A DNA stretch of 59,744 bases from a virus (taxonomy: Duplodnaviria; Caudoviricetes): IMG/VR virus record IMGVR_UViG_3300025127_000035, positions 1 to 59,744 of that record, one strand, 5' to 3'. The position numbers and the translations under genes are program-made. Below the pieces are notes generated by a model. The model was not told the DNA's origin. It searched no databases and saw nothing but the letters and a program-made list of their open reading frames with translations. Shown piece after piece: positions 58,620 to 59,744 of this stretch (the first letter of the stretch is position 1; each line of letters opens with the position of its first letter).

Positions 58620-58903
58620 TGAACTTTGAACCAACTAATCGTCACATTTTAGTTAATCCTATCGAGGAAGAACAAGAAGAATCAAATTCTTTAATTATGC
58701 TTCCTGATGATTATAAAAAACAAGAATCACCTTATCTGGCTTGTTCTGTCCTCGCAATAGCGAGCGACAGCAAGCTTGTTGATTCTATTCGCCAATATGA
58801 TACCATAGTTATTGAAAGAAGAATGTTACAAAAAATAGCCATGAATGGAACAGAAATCTATTTAGTCCTAGACAACTATGTTATGGGGAGATTTTTAGAA
58901 TGA
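58619..58903 (+). CDS. groES: GroES/cpn10-like co-chaperonin
   Basis: FEPTNRHILVNP, mobile loop SLIMLPDD, C-terminal YLVLDNYVMG. Confidence 0.75.
   Translation: MNFEPTNRHILVNPIEEEQEESNSLIMLPDDYKKQESPYLACSVLAIASDSKLVDSIRQYDTIVIERRMLQKIAMNGTEIYLVLDNYVMGRFLE
58857..58864 (+). promoter_or_regulatory. Late-promoter motif embedded in groES
   Basis: TCTATTTA starts 43 nt before ATG 58900, the same offset as 1844 to 1887. Confidence 0.45.
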
Positions 58904-59583
58904 AATTAGATGCTCAAATGCTTAAAGAATTAATTAAAGAGGCGGCTGGTCCGTCTATGCTTTTAGAAGAACCAGTTATTACTGAATCTTCTTTTAATCG
59001 CATCAAAGACAAGGTAGATAACTCAGATATTTCTTTTGTTGTCATGTCTGCTGATCGTCATGAAAAATCAAGAAATGAAAACGATCAAAGAGGTAAAGAA
59101 TTAAAGGCTGCTTGGAAAGCTGCTGGGTTTCCCTTTACTGAAATTGATGGCTCTTGGGTTGAGAAGGACGAAGACGGAAATGAAGTTCGCGTTATCGAAA
59201 AATCGATTGTCGTTACCGATGAAGAACGAGGTGATGTTGAGAAAGGCGAAGCAGATCTCTTCGAGAAGGCTAAAGAATTAAGCTCAAAATACGAACAAGA
59301 TGCTTTTATCTTTGGTGAAACGGGCTCTCGTTCCGGTAAAAGATACATCGATGCATTTGCTCCTGACGGTAGCCGTGTTGAATATGGTGGCCCTTGGACA
59401 AGTCTTGAGCCAATCGAAAAGGATGCTAATTTCTGGTCCAGAGTTCGTGGATCCACATTTGTATTCAAAGAACAGCAAGAAGAAGTTGTTGAAGTTGGTG
59501 CTCCAAACTCTGTTATCGAAGCAATGATTAAGGCAGAGATGCACAAAGACAAGAAAATTAAATTTGTGCGGAGGAAGAAGTGA
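58900..59583 (+). CDS. T3-SAMase-like (SAM lyase fold) protein with putative capsid-targeting leader
   Basis: Leader MKLDAQMLKELIKEA..ITE; core VMSADR, EN.QR, GSWVE, IEKSIVV, YEQDAFIF. Confidence 0.6.
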   Translation: MKLDAQMLKELIKEAAGPSMLLEEPVITESSFNRIKDKVDNSDISFVVMSADRHEKSRNENDQRGKELKAAWKAAGFPFTEIDGSWVEKDEDGNEVRVIEKSIVVTDEERGDVEKGEADLFEKAKELSSKYEQDAFIFGETGSRSGKRYIDAFAPDGSRVEYGGPWTSLEPIEKDANFWSRVRGSTFVFKEQQEEVVEVGAPNSVIEAMIKAEMHKDKKIKFVRRKK

Positions 59584-59744
59584 GCGAATATGAAAAGTCT
59601 GTTCCCCTATATGATGACGGGATTGGTCGTGTGGATTACATTTCTCATATGGGTAGTGACCTTACCGTCGTCAATTCTGCTAGGGTTTCTTTTGGCGTGG
59701 AGAAGTTACAGTTGGATAACAGGGACAGGAAACTTATCAAGTAT
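59580..59744 (+). CDS. thyX: Flavin-dependent thymidylate synthase ThyX, 3'-truncated
   Basis: GTG start overlapping the upstream TGA; translates MSEYEKSVPLYDDGIGRVDYISHMGSDLTVVNSARVSF...LIKY. Confidence 0.85.
   Translation, partial: MSEYEKSVPLYDDGIGRVDYISHMGSDLTVVNSARVSFGVEKLQLDNRDRKLIKY

Noticed and set aside
601-59552. Minus-strand and nested alternative-frame ORFs in the track
   Set aside because: They are shadows of well-supported + strand genes, without RBS or recognisable motifs.
1-59744. Stop-codon reassignment
   Set aside because: Core genes are intact in the standard code, and TAA, TAG and TGA all end genes at tight junctions.

Overview
A 59.7-kb segment of a large, AT-rich T4-like myophage genome. 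All credible genes are on the + strand and use the standard genetic code. Gene order: end of an SbcC/gp46-type ATPase; a putative holin/spanin cluster interleaved with small orphans; terminase, portal, prohead protease and ribosomal protein bS21; a ~10-kb array of paralogous fibre/decoration and LamG genes; scaffold, major capsid, neck, sheath, two tube paralogues, tail chaperone, tape measure and baseplate; then a replication/nucleotide block (minimal family-A polymerase, tubulin/FtsZ-like protein, gp32 SSB, RecA/UvsX, PurA, 5'-3' exonuclease, DnaB, class II RNR, GroES, start of ThyX). The main candidate new system is a family of unrelated proteins sharing an N-terminal MKLT..LKKIIxEE leader followed by protease-type (I/L)xE sites, which looks like a capsid-packaging tag. 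One member resembles T3 SAM lyase and has its own late-promoter motif hidden inside groES, suggesting a virion-injected anti-restriction enzyme. Also seen: a recurring aCTAnTTA late-promoter motif, a +1/-2 frameshift site in the tail chaperone, two copies of a predicted H-type RNA pseudoknot around ssb/recA, and two unannotated micro-ORFs. All calls come from motif recognition by eye; no database search was run.
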